64,000 nucleotides of DNA, from the NCBI RefSeq assembly GCF_009914755.1, contig NC_060928.1; one strand, written 5' to 3'. Position 1 is the stretch's first letter, and each line of letters opens with the position of its first letter. The notes below the pieces were generated by a model that was not told where the DNA came from, searched no databases, and saw only the letters and a program-made list of their open reading frames with translations. The DNA comes from the human T2T-CHM13v2.0 reference genome, Homo sapiens. Shown piece after piece: positions 1 to 13,850 of the stretch. Both the position numbers and the translations under genes were made by a program.

Positions 1-29
1 TATTAGCAGCATGAGAACAGACTAATGCA
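1..29 (+). mobile_element. 3' tip of a THE1/MST (MaLR) LTR running off the window start
   Basis: TATTAGCAGCATGAGAACAGACTAATGCA resembles the THE1/MST LTR 3' terminus seen in other copies here (e.g. 7221-7251). Confidence 0.6.
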
Positions 30-39
30 ATCTAGAAAA

Positions 40-400
40 GAAATAATGGTCTAGGGTGACAACAATGTAGCCGGTAAGAAGGGATCCGATGTAGCACATA
101 TTTTGCAGAAAGAACTAAAAGCATTTCCTGAGAGAATATATGTGAGATTAAAAGTGGGTTAAAGGTTGTGTCTGAGTAACTAAAAGAATGGATTTGCCAT
201 TAGTTGAATGGGGGAACACTGTATGAGACACCTTTAGGTTGTAGCTAAGGATATGATTATGAGCTTAGAACTGGGCATTACAATTTTGACATGTCTATTA
301 AGTATCAAAGCAGGGATGTCTAGTAGGGTATGGACATATTGCGAAGAGATGAATGGTTAGGGCTAGAGGTCATTTACACTTAAAATCCATGAAAATTGGG
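40..400. mobile_element. Degenerate L2 fragment
   Basis: Purine-rich L2-like phrases (GAATGGATTTGCCATTAGTTGAATGGGGGAAC; TTTGACATGTCTATTAAGTATCAAAG); boundaries approximate. Confidence 0.4.
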
Positions 401-1433
401 CTTCCAATTGAGATATAGAAAGTGGTAAAGGATCATGAACCCCACCCTAACAAAGAGAAAAAGGCCTTAAAAAAATCTAGAAAACAATATATTTTTAAAA
501 CCCGTCAGGAGTGTAGGAAGGAAAATTAATCAAAACATCCTCACTCCTAGAAACGAACAATTTCTGACTAGGAGAAAAGTAGCATATAGCCACTATCATC
601 CCTGGTGCATGGTGAAAAGAGAAACAGAATCCTGTCGATTTAGAAGTAGAACCTAGCTAGTGTACTTTAACAGACACAAATGGGTAGGTGAGAAACATTA
701 AAATCCTAAAATGCCCAAGATGTACAGTGAAAGTATTTCTATCCATCATTTTTTTTTTCTGAAGGTATCTGACAAGGGAGCCATGGGAGTGCATCAACAG
801 CTGGGGTAGAGCAGGACAATGAGACAGATATTTCTGAGTCACCTGGGTCATTTGAAAGTGCATGACAGTTTAAAGAAGGCTCAGTGCAAGGTAATAGGGT
901 GAGATCTCTTCAATATGAGGAAAGTTGGAAGTTGGATTGGAGCCTACAGAGAAATCCTCAGTGGTACATAGAACTGGCAACTGGGCTACAAAAAAGAGGG
1001 AGAGGATATAAAAGAGCAAAAGAAAGTGAAAAAGAGAGGGAGAGAGTGAGAGAGAGAGAGATCTAGAGTCTCAGCTGTGCTCAGATTTCAAGCCCTGCTG
1101 AAGAGTCTCCTGATTCTACACTCAGAGCTTATCAGCTTATGAAGCCAATGGTGATCTAAATTTGACTAAAGCTTCAGCAAATTCTAAACCCAGTTCAAGT
1201 ACAAATTAGATTGGTTTAGATCCCACTTTAAAGAGCTGGCAGAGGAAAGGGCCTGTCTTTGTTGGTGATAAATATTATTTACTTCAGCCTCTATTATTTT
1301 TTAATACTCAATATCTGACATGCAATCAAAAATTATGAAACAGGTGAAGAAGAAAAATGTGACGCATAATCAATTTAAAGGATCAGTTAATGAAAGGAGA
1401 CTCACAAATGAAACATATGTAGATATTACCAGT

Positions 1434-1615
1434 TGTAATAGGCCTCCTCTACCTTGTCTCCCAAAGATCTCCACTCCTAATATTCACCCTGTTGTATAAT
1501 CACATCTTTGTGAGTGTGGGGTGGCCCTAGCAACTCACTTCTAATGAGTAGATCCATTTACAGGCATATCACTTTTAAGATTTCATTACAATGAAGAATG
1601 TGGCTTCTGCCTTAG

Positions 1616-1655
<40 letters not shown>

Positions 1656-2002
1656 CCCATCCCAGCCACCATATGTGAGTTGCCCTATGGAGAATGCCAC
1701 ATGGCGAGAAACTGAAGGGGACCTCTGATCCATAGCCCTTAAGGAACTGAGAACTTCGGTCCAACAGTCCACAAAAAGTTGAAATCCTGTCAACAACCAA
1801 GTGAGTAAACCTGGAAGCAGATCCTTTCATAGAGGAGTCCTCTCCAAGACCACAGCACTAGCTGACACCTTGATTCCAGCCTTGTGAGAGAGCTTGAGCC
1901 TAAGCCACAGATGTATTCATGATCCATACAAACTGTGAGATAATATTTGATAAGTTAATATATTTGGGAGTAATTTGTCATGCAATGATAGATTCAAATA
2001 CA
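1434..2002 (+). mobile_element. MLT1-family MaLR solo LTR (MLT1E/F-like) with internal (CT)n
   Basis: TG...CA ends; MLT1 motifs GAGTGTGGGGTGGCCCTAGCAACTCACTTCTAA, CTGACACCTTGATTCCAGCCTTGTGAGA, AACTGTGAGATAAT; (CT)n at ~1618-1655. Confidence 0.75.
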
Positions 2003-2362
2003 AGGAAGGATTTTAAAATAATGAACATAAATTTGTTGAAAACTCTATTGGAAAAGACAAAGATATGTGTGAATAGGTTTAGAATTTTAGCAAAATCAAA
2101 ATGTCTAAAAAGGATCCAAATGGAAATTCTGAAAGTTTATTTTGATTTCTTTATGGGCTCCTTCCTCCATTTGTATTAAATCCTGCCTGTTTTCTGGAAA
2201 GCTAATGAAGTTTTCACAACAGGCTTCCAATTCTTTTATGTAATTTTTTTCATTCACCAAATATAAATAATGAAATGAGTAAAGAGAACAATGATAAGTA
2301 AAATTTGTCTTCTGAAATGAAAAATTAAGAGAAGAGATTGTTCTGGTGGTTGAGAAAACTAT

Positions 2363-2365
2363 CGC

Positions 2366-2410
<45 letters not shown>
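2363..2410. repeat. (CG)3(TG)~21 microsatellite
   Basis: Direct reading. Confidence 0.97.
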
Positions 2411-2415
<5 letters not shown>

Positions 2416-3149
2416 ACCTGACTACCCACCTTCCTACCCACACACATGATTTCCATTGTTATTTTTCTACCTGATGTGGTTTTAATAATAGGATGAATGT
2501 ATTTAAATTAAGTAAACATTCATATACAATGCTAGCATTGACTCTGAAATGAAGCATGTTTTTCTTATATACTTCATACTTATATATTTTAATATATTAC
2601 CAAAGAATCATCAAACACCAAATAAAAAGAGCCCTCAAATTGCGAGGGTCCTATGATTAGGTAATCACCAATAAAACGTCTGTATTCATTGTTATTACTT
2701 GATCCATATTATCTACAGAATCATATAAAAACAAGCATGATAATTTTCAATAAGATGTTTTCATCAGCTCTTGGGAAGACAGTTAAGCCAAAAATACTCA
2801 AAATTGCACAAAGAATTGAAAATAAATAGAAATCCCTATATCCTTGCACTGTGTCATGCTTTGTAATCCTAGGAACTGTCTTCAGTCACTCACGTGAAAC
2901 CAATTGTACTTTATATTAGACAAAATTATGTTTTTTTAATTTTTGAAATTTAATGTTCTTTGAAGAGAAGAGACTAGAAATTAGCAAGCAATTTTGTAAT
3001 TTAAAAAGTAGAAAAAATTATAAAAGCATATTCAAGCATGCTGTTTCGGGACATTTTATGTGAAATTCATTTATTGAAACATATTTCCAATTGCTACTGA
3101 AGAATCTATTATATTTTCATCCAAAATAATTAAACCATGTATATATACT

Positions 3150-3165
3150 TGTGTGTGTGTTTGTG

Positions 3166-3196
<31 letters not shown>
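3150..3196. repeat. Interrupted (TG)n microsatellite
   Basis: Direct reading. Confidence 0.95.
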
Positions 3197-3796
3197 ATAG
3201 ACAATTAGATGAAATAATATTTTATCTGGACAAAACCAAAAACCAAAAGAAAAAAAGTTTGTGTTAAAGCTCATTTTCAGAAAATCTTTAATCAATTAAT
3301 ACTGCATACTTTTGCGAAACCAAGGACATTACTTTTTCATTTTATCAATATATAGTCAGTTGCTACTAGATTTGTCATCTAAACATGGAATTTCATTAGA
3401 ATTTTTTTTTTTACTACAACTTGTCAAACATAAAGAGTTCTCAAAATAGCTTTATTTTTTAGTGGATAAAGCAATTACATTAGTAATTTTTCTTTTAGCA
3501 GGAAGACAAAATCTGAGATTTGGGCATTTTACTTCATGCTTAAAATGATGATGTGATGAAATTGAAGGAAAATTCATTTAAAGTGAACGCAAATATTTGT
3601 GAACTTGAACAAATAGAACGAATTCCTAGAAATCGTTAATAATTCTGATTCAAAATCTATTACAAAAATGTTCTAATTTATATATTCCAGAAAATATATG
3701 GTCAAAAATCACTAAATATGCAATTTTAAGTTTAATTCCTCTTATAATGTGAATAATGCTTCAAAATTTAAAAGGAGGGTGCTATTTTGATATACA

Positions 3797-3800
<4 letters not shown>

Positions 3801-3827
<27 letters not shown>
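3801..3827. repeat. (AT)n microsatellite
   Basis: Direct reading. Confidence 0.95.
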
Positions 3828-5231
3828 CGCAATTTAATCTTGTCAATGACTGAAATCACAGCACAACCCATACATAAAATGAACAAACCAGTTATAACAT
3901 AAGAAAACCAAATTTTATTTACTTAGTTAAGTAAGGAAGGTGACAAGAGAGACACTTCTAAAATTATGCCATGTAAGTGAAAGTGAGGGCAGAGGTTTTA
4001 TTGCTGTGTTTTGGTGTCAGAAGTTCTCAGTATGGACCTCAGAACATAGAGAGTCTTTGCATTGGCTTATCTCTTAGGGACTGATAGAAAATCTTTGATG
4101 GTGAAATCTAATTTTCCTGGAATGGTGAGGTGAGTATACAAACACTGACTGTAACTCACACAAAGACAAAGAGCAGACAAAGATTAGATTTGTTTGACTG
4201 CTTTAAACCTACAAGATTGGGGAAGACACTGGCTTCTTTTTAAATATGGGTGTTTCCACCAAATATTAGTGATGGCAAATATGACATTCTGGCTAGCAAA
4301 TAGAATAAAATCTATTAGATTATATGATAAGAAATGGGCAAAATATGTAGACTTATATCTCAAACCTCAAGGCATGTTGAACATTTATCATTTCAGCTAG
4401 GTTATTGATAAATTTCTGACTTTTTACATATTTGAATAATTTTGATTGTAAGAGATTCTACACCAATTTGATTTAAAGTTTAAAGAGTTAATCATTGATT
4501 ACTCTGAGTAATTTCCTGGTGTAATATTTGATAGTTTGGGGGTATAACCCAAGACATAAAATTGAAAGATGGATATAAATAAATCTTGACTGTCTGAAAA
4601 ATTCTAATAATTCTCTCATAGGCACAAGTTTTATATTTGGTAAACAAATAAAGTCTTGATGTCTATCTGCCTAAAACATGGGAGAAAATTACTAAATATA
4701 GATATCTTTTCATGTGATAGAATTATTCATTTCATTTATCTGTTCTTTGGGAAGAAAAAATTATGTGTGGAGATAGAGAATATCTAAGAAAAATATGTAT
4801 GCTAATAAATAAAATAGAGTTCCAATATATGTTTCCAACATTACTATGTCTTTTGTTCTTGGGAACAGCACTGTAATGATATTTTTGCCAATCAATTTTG
4901 CTGCTTCTTGTCCAATTTTTAACATGAATGGAAGTTACTATTAATAATGTGGCACTATTTCATTTACCCAAAGTGTCTAGTAAAGGCAAATGATCATCTG
5001 AAAAGTATAGGGGAATATATACTAGATTTCCATCCAGAGATATCAGATAGTAGATATTAAAAATAACAGTTGCAGGATACAAAGCTGTAGCTAAAATGTG
5101 TAATAATTGTTTGGTATACATTTTCAAATAATAAAGAATAATTTGTTCTCAATAATTATGTACAATAGTTAAAGAAACTCTCCTTAACATGTTCAAGAAA
5201 TAAGAATTAAGTTATCAGCAATTTAAAACCA

Positions 5232-5607
5232 TGGTCTCAGTCTGGCTTTGCTGCTATAATAGCACACTTGAGACTGGGTAATTTATAATGAAAAGAAATT
5301 TATTAGCTCACAGTTCTGGAGGCTGGAAAGTCCTAGATTGACGAGCTTGCATCTGGCAAGGGCCTTCTTGCTGTATCATTCCATGGCAGTAAGTCGAAGA
5401 GCAAGAGAGAAAGAGACAGAGAGAAAGGATGCCAAATTGGTCTTTTTATAATAAATGTACTCTTACAATAATAGCATTAATCAAATCATAAAGTCAAAAA
5501 CCCTCCTGGCTCAATCACTTCTCAAAAATCCCAGGTCCTGATACTGTCACAATGCCAATCAAATTTTAACATAAGTTTTGGAGTAGACAAACATTTAAAC
5601 CATAGCA
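5232..5607 (-). mobile_element. MaLR solo LTR (MSTC/MLT1A-like)
   Basis: GAGACTGGGTAATTTATAATGAAAAGAAATTTATTAGCTCACAGTTCTGGAGGCTGG ... AAACCATAGCA terminus. Confidence 0.8.
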
Positions 5608-5762
5608 TGTATATAACAGCAAAATAGAAAGAAATAGGCTAAAAAACTAAAGTGCTAGGAGGGGCATACACTAGTTTATGGCTCTTGGTCCTGCTGCAAA
5701 TATTTTGGGTGGAGGCTATTTAATGTGTCCTGCCATCAACTTTAAACAAAGGTCTTGGTTTA

Positions 5763-6120
<358 letters not shown>

Positions 6121-6296
6121 AAGTATATTCAATTTGATAACTTTAGTTGGAATGCTCTTCTAGTCATTGTATAATATCAATAAGATGCTTTCACTGGGAG
6201 TTGATGGCTGTCATTATGTAATTTCTCTTCCAGAACACCAAGCCCCCATGTTTTAAGACATTACATGTTTCTGGAAAAATGTTGAAAATAGATTGC

Positions 6297-7251
6297 TGAT
6301 ATGATTTGGCTGTGTCCCCACCCAAATCTCAACTTGAATTGTATCTCCTAGAATTCCCATGTATTTTGACAGGGACCCAGGAGGAGGTAATTGAAGGGAG
6401 CCAGTCTTTCCTGTGCTATTCTCATGATAATGAATAAGTCTCATGAGATCTGATGGGTTTATCAGGGGTCTCCACTTTTGCTTTTTTCTCATTCTCTCTT
6501 GCCACCAATATGTAAGAAGTGCCTTTCCCCTTCCACTATGATTGTGAGAATTTCCCCAGCCATGTGGAACTGTACGTCCCACTAAACCTCTTTCTTTTGT
6601 GAATCACCCAATCTTGGGTATGTTTTTATCAACAGTATGAAAACAAATACAGTAAATCGGTACTAGTAGAGTGAGTATTTATTCAATACCTGTATCCTCA
6701 TTGTATCTAGGAAGTAACTAGCTTGCTTTTGATTTTACAGGCTCAGAGGCAGAAGAAGGAACTTGCCTTGTCTCAGATGAGATTTTGGACTGTGGACTTT
6801 TGGATTAATGCTGAAATGAGTTAAGACTTTGGGGAATTGTTGAGAAGGCATGATTGGTTTTGAAATATGAGGACATGAGATTTGGAGGGGCCAGAAGAGG
6901 AATGATATGGTTTGGTTGTGTCCCCACCCAAATTTCAACTTGAATTGTAGCTCCCAGAATTCCCATGTGTTGTGGAAGTGACCCAGGGAGAGGTAATTGA
7001 ATCATGGGGGCTGGTCTTTCCTGTGCTATTCTTGTGATAATGAGTAAGTCTCATGATATCTGACGGATTTATCAGGGGTTTCCGCTTTTGCTTCTTCCTC
7101 ATTCTCTCTTGCTGCCGCCATGTAAGAAGTGCCTTTTGCCTTCTGCCATGATTGACCTTCTCCAGCCATGTGGAACTGTAAACCTCTTTCTATTGTAAAT
7201 TGCCCTGTCTCAGGTATGTCCTTATCAGCAGTGTGAAAATAGACTAATACA
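6297..7251 (+). mobile_element. THE1 element: LTR 6297-6651, internally deleted internal region 6652-6902, LTR 6903-7251
   Basis: Two THE1 LTRs (TGATATG..TGTGTCCCCACCCAAAT...AATACA); internal 5' and 3' ends present; perfect 5-bp TSD ATTGC at 6292-6296 and 7252-7256. Confidence 0.93.
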
Positions 7252-7832
7252 ATTGCTCGTACAGTTTCATGTAAAGATTTAGTATACTGTATAATTGCTT
7301 TGGTCATTTAAATTTGCAGCCTAATAGGTTCAAGGACCAAAAATAATATTCTTAAATGTATAGATTAACTGGCCACTAACTCATATAACTATATGTAATA
7401 GAATTATTTCCTTGATTTACTGTTTATTAGTTTTGCCTACAATATAAAAAATTACAATCTTTTTATGTATAATCTGTCTGGATAACAAAGATTTGGTATA
7501 TTCTTTTTTTAACAGTTATGCCCTAAATTATTTAGAAAAACAAGGTTTTCTTACTTATAAAAGAGCTAACATTTTTACAATCATGCTCTCTAAATGTTTT
7601 ATAGCCATTTAGATTAAATAGGAAACTGGGTATTCTTTCTTGGGCACACATAATCCTATATTAATCAACTATTTAAATATCTTCAAACACTTGTTGATTT
7701 TTGCTTTCCAAAACTGGATCCTAATTACAAAATATTCAACAGAATTCAATTCAATTTGGGAATCTCTTTTGCATGTAAAACAATCTTTGAGATTTTTTAC
7801 ACAACTTCTGGAAATTTACAGAATAAGGAATA

Positions 7833-9258
7833 AAAAATCACATTATCTGATTACAAACTACACTATAAAGCCAATGTCAACAAAACAGCATGGCTCTTGT
7901 ATAAAAATAGGTGCATAGACCAACAGAACAGAATAGAGAACTTTGAAATAAAGCCAAATACAGCCAACTGATCTTTGACAAAGAAAACAAAAACATAAAG
8001 TGGGGAAAAGATACCCTATTGAACAAATGGTGCTGGGATAATTGACAAGCCACACATAGGAGAATAAAACTGGATCCTCATCTCTCACCTTATACAAAAA
8101 TCCACTCAAGATGGATCAAGAACTTAAATCTAAGACCTGAAACTACAAAAATTCTAGGAGATTACATTGGAAAGGCCCTTCTAGAGATTGGCTTAGGCAA
8201 ATATTTCATGACTAAGAACCTAAAAGCAAATGCAACAGAAACAAAGATAAATAGGTGGCACTTACAAGCTTTTGCATGGCAAAAGGAACAGTTAGCAGAG
8301 TAAACAGACAACCCACAGAGTGGGAGAAAATTTTCACAATCTATACATCTGACAAAGGACTAATATCCAGAATCTACAAGGATCTCAAACAAATTAGCAA
8401 GAAAAATACAAACAATCTCATCAAAAAGTGCGCTAAGGATATGAATAGACAATTTTCAAAAGAAGATATACAAATAGCCAACAAACATGAAAAAGTGCTC
8501 AACATCACTAATGATCAGGGAAATGCAAATCAAAACCACAATGCAATACCACCTTACTCCCGCAAGAATGGCCTTTATAAAAAAAAAAAAAAAAAAGATT
8601 TTGGTGCGATGCAGTGAAAAGGGAAAACTTTTACACTACTGATGGGAATGCAAACTAGTACAACCACTATGAAAAACATTGTGGAGATTACTTAAAGGAC
8701 TAAAAGTAGAACTACCGTTTTATCCAGCAATCCCACTACTGGTTACCTACCCAGAGGAAAAGAAGTCATTATACAAAAATATACTTGTTCATGCATGTTT
8801 ATAGCAGCACAATTTCCAATTGCAAAATGTAAAACCAGCCCAAATGCCCATCAACCAATGAGTGGATAAAGAAACTGTGATATATATGTATATATATGAT
8901 AGAATTCTACTCTACCATAAAAAGGAATGAATTAATGGTATTTGCAGCAACCAGGATGAAACTTGAGACTATTATTCTGAGTGAAGTAACTCAGGAATGG
9001 AACACCAGACATTGTATATTCTCACTCATTCATGGTAGCTAAGCTATGTGGATGCAAAGGCATAAGAATGATACAATGGATTTTGGGGACTTGATGGAGA
9101 AGGGTGCAAGGGGTAAAAGACTACAAATTGGGTTCAGCATATACTGCTTGAGTGACGTGTTTACCAATATATCACAAAACACCACTAAAGAACTTACTCG
9201 TGTAACCAAATACCACCTCTTCCCCAAAACCTATGGAAATTAAATTTTTTTTAAAAAA
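7833..9258 (+). mobile_element. 5'-truncated L1 (L1PB-like): ORF2 3' part and 3'UTR
   Basis: ORF 8255-8617 gives the ORF2 peptide [25 protein letters not shown]; 3'UTR ends CCCCAAAACCTATGGAAAT then an A/T tail. Confidence 0.9.
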
Positions 9259-9259
9259 A

Positions 9260-11340
9260 TTTTAAATTGTTAGATAAAGCTAAATGAATATAGAACGTTG
9301 GGGAAAGAAAGACAATGAGAAAATAGTAACAGGTTATAATGTTTATAAAACTCTTATCTTCAGTGGTCAAAGCTGACTGAGTTTGAATTGATCTGTTTGT
9401 AAGCTTTTATTAAAATTAACTTTAGCATTAGTAATACACTGATGCAAAGGTAGAATTTGATTTTCTTTTTTGAACAAGACTGTAATGTAGTATTAATAAG
9501 AGCAAAAGACTTTGGTTTATATTTTGAGAAAACTGCAAAAGAAAGGGTGGGAAATCTGCCTCATGCTGTCTTTATTGGCTCTTTTGTTTGTTTGAAAAAC
9601 TAAGACATCTCTTTAGGAAAGAATAAAATTCTCCAGTTTTTTGAAATATTTTAACTATTCCTTTGGCAAAGTGAATTACTATAATTTTACAGTAGCCTGT
9701 GATCCTATTTTAATCAAGTGTTTTAAGCAAGTCTTGTTTTTATATCAAGCGTTTTAAATCTTTGATATTTCACAAACTTCACCAAATCAAATTTTAAATT
9801 CAAATATCAGTTCTGTTGACCTCAAATTAAGTTTTGGGCCTTTCAAAAATAATGCCTGGAAGTCCAAGAGAGAAATCTTAGGCTTTTTTTGGTATGTAAA
9901 AATCATACAGGAAGCATTGTCAAATAGGAAATGAGGTCTAACTTTCTCTGAGTTATATTTGTTTGCATGTATTATTCATATGTGTTCCAAAATTATATGA
10001 AATTCCTAAAAATCTAATGCGTCTTGGTAAATATTATCAATAATAATAATGATTATCATTATTGTTATTGTGAATGATAGCACACAAAAAAAGAAAATGA
10101 CCAAATTGCTTCATCAATTTTATCTTTAACCATGGCCATTTTAAGTCTTGTCCTATTCTTTCTTGGGGAGTTTCTTTAAAGTTTTGCAGAGACCTAGGAA
10201 CCCATTTTATTGGTCAAATAATTCAGTTTATTTATAACCTATGGCCAACTGTTCAGCATTTCAATTTTGCATGCGACCTTTAGTCCTCTGAACTGGTGGA
10301 ATGTACAAATGGAATTAAAAAAAAATTAATAAAGTTATAGAAACCTTGAAACTTCCCTGGCCTAATAATCTTTCATTGGTATTACTTAACTTATGTTCTA
10401 CTATGTTGGAAAACATCAGCTTTCTCCTTTTGAAATAATAACAGGAAGACCCACATTCCTGGATTTAAGAGCCTTCAAACCAGCTTAAAGTTAATATTCT
10501 TCATTATTGCCAAAGTCTTATATAACTTATCACTAAAAAATATTTAAATTGATTTAAGATTCTTTAACATTGAGGACCTGGGAGATAAAGACATCAAAGA
10601 TCATGGCCTTTGACCTGGGGATTTTGTGTATTAGAAATGCTGTTAAATAAAGGAATCCTTGCGACCACATTTGAAGTGACCATACCAGGTATTAAAAACC
10701 AAAACTTGTGCAGCTAAACTCAAAGGCATACACTCATGGACTCACATTTTTTAGTTAAGAAAATGTAGCTCCAGCTAAGTGGATGTCTTCCACCTATAGA
10801 GATCTCCAACTGAATCTGATCTGCACCCAGTTATGTCGATCTTGCCCAGGATGATAAGTGGAAACTCAGTTCAAAAGGATCACTCAAAAGGCTCAATTGC
10901 TACAAAGCATTAGAAAGACAAACCCCTTACATGATTTATTTGATTGGTTACCTTCAGGAATAGGAACCCTTTTTAGACCTGGATTTTTAATTATGTTAAT
11001 AGTTATTTTCATTGCATCATAGTTTTGACTCATAAATCGATTATGGTTTGTGTTTTTAGATGTCTAAAGTCAGTAGCAAGAACTGAAATCATGACAGCTA
11101 GACACTCAGAAATGATCCTACATGCCTTGGCTCTTTGTAAGTGGATGACCTGACTCAGATTCTGTTGCACTGTCCCTTTGAGTTGCCAATCAATTTGGCC
11201 TTTTTAAGCCACAGTACCTCTCCTCTTTGCATTTGACATGAGAAAAAATTATCTGAGAATGATTCTCTCTAACAATGTAAGACAGACTTACATCTAAAAT
11301 AATAATCACCAATATTTTCAGGAAAGAAAGATCTTCATGA
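9260..11340 (+). mobile_element. Degenerate class I (MER4-group) ERV internal fragments, including integrase C-terminal remnant (~10250-10780) and env-TM-like remnant (~10850-11130)
   Basis: 9870-9975 is homologous to the reverse complement of 51975-52070; 10283-10455 reads as a frameshifted SS.LVE.TNG...LPWP...GKHQLSPFEIITGRP integrase motif. Confidence 0.6.
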
Positions 11341-11355
11341 AGAGGGAGTAAATAA

Positions 11356-11652
<297 letters not shown>

Positions 11653-12120
11653 TGTAAATAAGAAAAAATCACAATAATGGTTTAGGGAAGTCTGAGTTAT
11701 GTGAAATAGGCAAAATTTGTGAGGCCCAGAGACCTAAGTATGAAACTTCATTGTCCAGGGATATTTGTTTGAGGAAATTTTCTTCTTTCTTTCCTTCCCT
11801 GTAGTTTCCAGACTAGCTAGATACATTACCTAAAATGTTATCACAAGTTGCAAATGTGACCCTCACCCATTATCTTGATGATGTGGTTTTGGTTAAAGAA
11901 AACCATAAAGGTAGGAAGCCCAAACTCCATTGCATGGCTCTCTCTTGAGTATGCCCACTCTCCCCTTTCTTGAGTGTGTACTTCTTGCTTGGCAATAAAT
12001 CTCTATACTTTCACTATTTTCTGACTGGTCCTTGAATTCCTTCTCATGATCATTTTAAGAGCTTGGACACTGGTCATGATCAAGGTCCCACCAGCATTTG
12101 GAGACCATCCCTAGCCCACA
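11653..12120 (+). mobile_element. ERV1-class LTR, subfamily unresolved
   Basis: Starts TGTAAA, has AATAAA at ~11994 and an LTR-like CTTGAATTCCTTCTCATGAT...CCCACA end; follows a purine tract and ERV internal sequence. Confidence 0.5.
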
Positions 12121-12345
12121 GATATTGCCTCCGACTATATTCCCTCAATATAGAAATTGATTATATTAAGTTTTCTTCCTTTATATTGCTATTGAGTTAC
12201 TTGATAAGTTCATTAAGACTCTCTCCTCTTGTTTAGCAGGGTGTGATTTGTTACCATGGTATAACTGGGAATACTGATTAAGCAACCAGGTCTTACCTGG
12301 GTTGTGCTATTTGAGAATGATGAACACTTAACCAGGAATGACCAG

Positions 12346-12943
12346 TGTTGGGATACAGAAAATAATTCCCTAAAATGTAGTACTTTGACATGCTGAGTGC
12401 TTTTGAAAATGGAAAAACCTCAGAATCAAGATTCATCTAAACTTGTCTTTCCCTCACCCTTCAAATGCAAGTGGGGACTCTTTATAATTTTCTAATCCGA
12501 CCAAAAAAGCTTCTTACCAAAAAGAAACACAATTGCCTTCAATCTCCTCCCTGAAATCTCATAATCTCTTTCAGAAGAGAAGAGTGAGGAATGGCATCCC
12601 ATCTGTATGGATTTTTCAATAAGATAATGCCTGACTGTCTGGCTCATTCAAATTTCAGAAGGAGTCATTTACAAGTTAATTTCTATCTCTCTTGTCTATT
12701 CTATTCTCCCTAATAATCATTATATGTCCCTCGAACAAATTGTCTACATCCTCCATCTTCTCCCTTCCCTGTGAATAAGGATACACAACTTTTGTACCCC
12801 ATTGGGGGACTGAAGCAATCACTCTGATTTTCCCCTTATGTGTTAATAAATTTATATGCCTTTTCTCCTAGTAATCTGCCAGCTTTCACCTGATTTTCAT
12901 GAACCTTCAGAGGGCAAAGGAAAGTTTTCCCCATGTCCCAACA
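12346..12943 (+). mobile_element. MER39/MER34-family ERV1 solo LTR
   Basis: TGTTGGGA...TCCCAACA inverted termini; GAACCTTCAGAGGGCAAAGGAAAGTTTTCCCC end; 4-bp TSD CCAG at 12342-12345 and 12944-12947. Confidence 0.85.
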
Positions 12944-12947
12944 CCAG

Positions 12948-13850
12948 CCACTTTAAAGGAGTTAAGTTTGGTTTTATGAAGTCAAATACTTTCAAAGCCA
13001 CTACCAGGAAAATTGACCTATTACCTGACTTATAAGGTCCAGCCTTACAGGTGGTAAGGGAAGTCACCTCTAGCAGGCCAAATACCTTAGGATATTTGAG
13101 GACTTTGAGAAGAGATGAAATCATCCAAAGTTATGGATACTTGATATGGTTTGGCTCTGTGTCCCCACCCAAATCTCATGTTGAATTGTAATCCCCAATA
13201 TTGGAGGTGGGGCTTGGTGGCAGGTGATTAGATCATGGGGGTGGTTTCTAATGGTTTAGCACCATCCTTCTAGTTTTGTCTTATGATAGAGCTCTCAGGA
13301 GACCTGCTTGTTAAAAGTGCATAGCATCTGTCCCTTAGGTCTCTTTTTTCTTCTCCAGCCATGTAAGACATGACTCCTTCCTCTTCACCTTCTACCATGA
13401 TTGTAAGTCTCCTGAGACCTTCCCTGCCATGCTTCCTATACAGCCTGCAGAACTGTGAGTCAACTCAATCTCTTTTCTCTATTAATTACCCAGTCTCAGG
13501 TAGTTCTTTACAGCAATGCAGGAACAGACTGATAAAGTACTCTAGTCAAATATCAACAAGAAACTTTTTTGGGTTTGAATTAGCTTTCTAGGTTCGACAT
13601 AGCAAATAATAGAGGCTCTTAAAAGTCTAATCTGAGATCTCTTTTGACGACTTACAGCAAAGAAAATTAAAGAAGACCTATGTGATATATTAAGATTCTT
13701 GTTGTACCTCTAAAAATCAGACCACATCTAATGAGACCAGCTTTATTCTGTAGAATATAATAATCTTTCTTTAGATTATTCTTTAATTAAATGGCCAGAT
13801 CTATGGAAACAATTTGTGCTTCAATGGAAAGCTATGCTTTACCTAGAACA
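12948..13850 (+). mobile_element. MER4-group ERV internal fragment interrupted by an MST LTR
   Basis: 13030-13140 is homologous to the reverse complement of 51080-51200 of the HERV-F internal region. Confidence 0.5.
13142..13536 (+). mobile_element. MSTA/MSTB solo LTR
   Basis: TGATATGGTTTGGCTCTGTGTCCCCACCCAAATCTCATGTTGAATTGTAATCCCC ... CCCAGTCTCAGGTAGTTCTTTACAGCA. Confidence 0.9.
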
